The notes beneath the pieces were generated by a model. The model searched no databases. It saw nothing but the letters and a program-made list of their open reading frames with translations, and was not told the DNA's origin. From positions 1 through 52,590 of the forward strand of contig JAUYFS010000014.1 of NCBI GenBank assembly GCA_030689665.1: DNA of 52,590 nt. The letters run 5' to 3'. Positions within the stretch are counted from its first letter, which is position 1, and each line of letters begins with the position of its first letter. This document shows, piece after piece, positions 50,145-52,590 of this stretch. This DNA is from a bacterium. Lineage in GTDB: Bacteria; Patescibacteriota; Minisyncoccia; Minisyncoccales; JAUYFS01. A program made the translations under genes and the position numbers.

Positions 50145-51547
50145 ATTTAACAATAAAGGAACTAAATCAGAAAATTAGGGGAAAAGAAATAAAAGCAGTA
50201 ACGGTGGCCGAAGAATTTTTGGAGGTGATAAAGAAAAAAGAAAAAAATATCAAAGCGTTTTTGGAAATTACCCCAGACCTAGCCCTGGAACAAGCAAAGA
50301 AAGTTGATGAAAAAATAGAAAAAGGAGAGGAAGTTTCCGAAATTGCCGGAGTGCCAATGGCTTGCAAAGACAATATTTTATTTGAAGGAAAAAAATGCAC
50401 AGCTGGCTCTAAAATTTTGGAAAATTATATTGCGAAATATGATGCTACGGTTATCAAAAAACTAAAAGAAAAAAACTTTGTTCTTCTTGGGAAAACCAAT
50501 ATGGACGAATTTGCAATGGGTTCTTCAACGGAAAACTCGGCCTTCCAAATTACTAAAAACCCGCTTGATTTAAAAAGGGTTCCAGGCGGTTCTTCCGGCG
50601 GTTCCGCGGCAGCGGTTTCTGCCAATGAGAGCGTTTATGCCCTAGGAAGCGACACCGGCGGCTCAATAAGGCAGCCAGCAGCTTTTTGCGGGGTTGTTGG
50701 TCTTAAACCAACCTATGGCTCTGTTTCAAGGTTTGGTTTAATCGCCTACGCCCCTTCATTTGACCAGATTGGGCCAATAACCAAAACAGTTGAAGACAGC
50801 AAGATAATTTATGATATTATAAAAGGAAGAGATGATTTTGATTCAACCAGTTTTTCTAAAAAAGAAAACAAAAAAGAAAAAAAAACAATAGGAGTGCCAA
50901 AAGAATTTTTTGAAAAAGGCATTGACAAAGAAATAAAAGAAAAAACCCTTGGTTTTATCAATAAATTATCAGAACAAGGATATTCTATAAAAGAAGTTTC
51001 CTTGCCAAATATGGAATATGCTTTGAGCGTTTATTATATTATTGTGTGTTCCGAAGCGAGTTCCAATTTGGCAAGGTTTGACGGAATCAGGTATGGTTTT
51101 TCAGAAAAAAAAGCAAAAAACCTTAAAGACACATATTTAAAAACAAGGGGCATTGGCTTTGGCGAAGAAGTCAGAAGAAGAATTCTTTTGGGAACCTACG
51201 CGCTTTCTGCCGGTTATTATGACGCCTATTATTTAAGAGCCCAGAAAATCAGAAATTTGATAAAAAAGGATTTTGAAGAAATTTTTAAAGATGTTGATTT
51301 TATTCTGGCTCCGGTTTCTCCAATTTTACCTTTCAAAATCGGAGAAAAGACAGATGACCCCTTATCTATGTATCTGGCTGATATTTACACAATTCCAGTC
51401 AACCTTGCGGGAGTGCCGGCCTTATCAGTGCCGTTTTCAAAAATAGGAAAACTTTCAATCAGCGTTCAAATCATTGGAAATTATTTTGATGAAGAAAAAT
51501 TGTTTGAATTTGGTAAAATAATTGAAAACCTAAGAGATTATGATTAA
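50132..51547 (+). CDS. gatA: Asp/Glu-tRNA amidotransferase subunit A
   Basis: Amidase signature GGSSGGSAAAV...GSDTGGSIRQPAAFCGVVGLKPTYG. Confidence 0.95.
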   Translation: MGIIDLTIKELNQKIRGKEIKAVTVAEEFLEVIKKKEKNIKAFLEITPDLALEQAKKVDEKIEKGEEVSEIAGVPMACKDNILFEGKKCTAGSKILENYIAKYDATVIKKLKEKNFVLLGKTNMDEFAMGSSTENSAFQITKNPLDLKRVPGGSSGGSAAAVSANESVYALGSDTGGSIRQPAAFCGVVGLKPTYGSVSRFGLIAYAPSFDQIGPITKTVEDSKIIYDIIKGRDDFDSTSFSKKENKKEKKTIGVPKEFFEKGIDKEIKEKTLGFINKLSEQGYSIKEVSLPNMEYALSVYYIIVCSEASSNLARFDGIRYGFSEKKAKNLKDTYLKTRGIGFGEEVRRRILLGTYALSAGYYDAYYLRAQKIRNLIKKDFEEIFKDVDFILAPVSPILPFKIGEKTDDPLSMYLADIYTIPVNLAGVPALSVPFSKIGKLSISVQIIGNYFDEEKLFEFGKIIENLRDYD

Positions 51548-52127
51548 TTCTTTTAATGCCAGCCAATTCGTCGCAGATGCAAATGAGTTTTTTAACCCAG
51601 ACAATCTTTTTTATTTGGCCAATAAATTCATTGTTCTTTTAATTTCTCCGGAATTGCAAAAAGAAATAATCTTGGCAAGGATTATTTTTTTGTCTTTTTC
51701 CATTGTTTTTCTGATTTTAATTGTTTATTTCTTATCAACCTGCGATTTTATTCAGGCGCATTTTCTTTGGAAACTTGTGGAAATTATAACCTACAAATCA
51801 TACGGAGCGAGGAAATATGAAAAAGAGTGGGGCAAAATAAAAGCATTTCTTGATAAAGGAACAGAAGACGCTTATAAAATCGCAATAATTGAGGGAGACA
51901 ATTTTATGGACCAGATTTTAAAGAGACTGAATATTCCGGGAAAAAACATTGATGAGCGCCTTAAAAATACCACAGCGGGCCAGATTCAAAACATTGATGA
52001 TTTAAGAGAGGTTCATAAATTAAGAAACAATGTGGTAAGCGACCCTTCAATAACCATTGATTTTGACAAAGCCAAAGAAACTCTTGGCGTTTATGAAAAA
52101 ACACTGAAACTGCTTGATTTATTATAG
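51540..52127 (+). CDS. Hypothetical membrane protein, in the position where gatB often sits
   Basis: One clear TM (IIFLSFSIVFLILIVYFLS) and a helical C-terminal domain. 8-nt overlap with gatA. Confidence 0.5.
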   Translation: MINSFNASQFVADANEFFNPDNLFYLANKFIVLLISPELQKEIILARIIFLSFSIVFLILIVYFLSTCDFIQAHFLWKLVEIITYKSYGARKYEKEWGKIKAFLDKGTEDAYKIAIIEGDNFMDQILKRLNIPGKNIDERLKNTTAGQIQNIDDLREVHKLRNNVVSDPSITIDFDKAKETLGVYEKTLKLLDLL

Positions 52128-52139
52128 GTTTTATTTTGT

Positions 52140-52168
52140 TTGCAAAAAATCCTCAAAAAATGTATAAT
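52140..52168 (+). promoter_or_regulatory. Near-consensus promoter (TTGCAA-17-TATAAT with extended -10 TG)
   Basis: TTGCAA at 52140-52145, TG at 52161-52162, and TATAAT at 52163-52168. Confidence 0.6.
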
Positions 52169-52206
52169 ATATTTACCTGAACTATTCAGGAGGGGGAGAT
52201 GACAAG

Positions 52207-52590
52207 ATGACCGTGAAGGAAATAATGACTTTTACGAGCGGATTCGCATGTATTTTATCAACTCTTTTTGCAGAGTTAACAGAAGTTTTAAGACCTCAAG
52301 AACAAAACATTGAATTCATTGTTGCTGCCTTAATTGGATGCATTCAAGGCGGGCATGCTGTGTTTGTTACCGGTTCGGGAATAAGCGGGGCAATCGCCAA
52401 GATGCTTGTTTTTAGATTAAAACAACTTGGTGTGGAGGCTTACCACATTCCAGAAGGAGTCGCAAGGTCATATAGACCCGGTGATGTTTTATTCGCAATT
52501 TCTTCTTCTGGAACTACCAAAACGACATTAACTCAAGTCAAACAAGCAAAAAGAGTAGAGGGGGTAATGATAATATCAATTGTATCAGAA
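52207..52590 (+). CDS. SIS-domain sugar-phosphate isomerase (6-phospho-3-hexuloisomerase/phosphoheptose isomerase-like). The 3' end is cut by the window edge.
   Basis: Manual translation gives MTVKEIMTFTSG...HAVFVTGSGISGAIAKMLVFRLKQLG...GDVLFAISSSGTTKTT. An AGGAGGGGGAG SD lies upstream. The frame is open to nt 52590. Confidence 0.75.
   Translation, partial: MTVKEIMTFTSGFACILSTLFAELTEVLRPQEQNIEFIVAALIGCIQGGHAVFVTGSGISGAIAKMLVFRLKQLGVEAYHIPEGVARSYRPGDVLFAISSSGTTKTTLTQVKQAKRVEGVMIISIVSE

Overview
This is an AT-rich, very compact window (by eye about two-thirds A+T). Every gene but one lies on the + strand. It is dominated by the str/S10/spc/alpha ribosomal-protein supercluster: rpsL-rpsG-fusA-(small ORF)-tuf-rpsJ-rplCDWB-rpsS-rplV-rpsC-rplP-rpmC-rpsQ-rplNXE-rpsN-rpsH-rplFR-rpsE-rplO-secY-adk-map, then a gap, then infA-rpmJ-rpsMKD-rpoA-rplQ-rplM-rpsI. 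Flanking housekeeping genes are a miaB-miaA fusion, ileS, recO, deoC-like, alaS, tpiA, murA, two mreB, holB, frr, rseP, proS and gatCA. The standard genetic code applies, since conserved genes end at TGA. I saw no tRNA, rRNA, CRISPR array, transposase or integrase.

Several traits point to a small-genome CPR/Patescibacteria-like bacterium (inference):
- there is no room for L30 between rpsE and rplO
- AlaRS and ProRS are truncated
- consecutive tRNA-modification enzymes are fused
- a dockerin-bearing secreted protein is present

The most unusual signals are non-coding:
1. A family of at least 7 palindromic intercistronic elements. The 5' arm starts at the upstream stop codon, and the 3' arm is the downstream Shine-Dalgarno.
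2. A roughly 315-nt GC-rich island (35755-36069) closed by a perfect 18-bp stem. It looks like a large unclassified structured RNA.
3. A roughly 320-nt unit with its own promoter and terminator upstream of rpsL.
4. GC-rich REP-like double hairpins, two of which are translated into the termini of rpoA and rpsI.
5. Strictly 7-nt-phased repeat arrays in several ribosomal spacers.

Accessory content includes a DpnA-like type II R-M pair, a stand-alone Cas4-like nuclease, and a three-gene cassette of small ORFs. About 10.3 kb of genes split map from infA.
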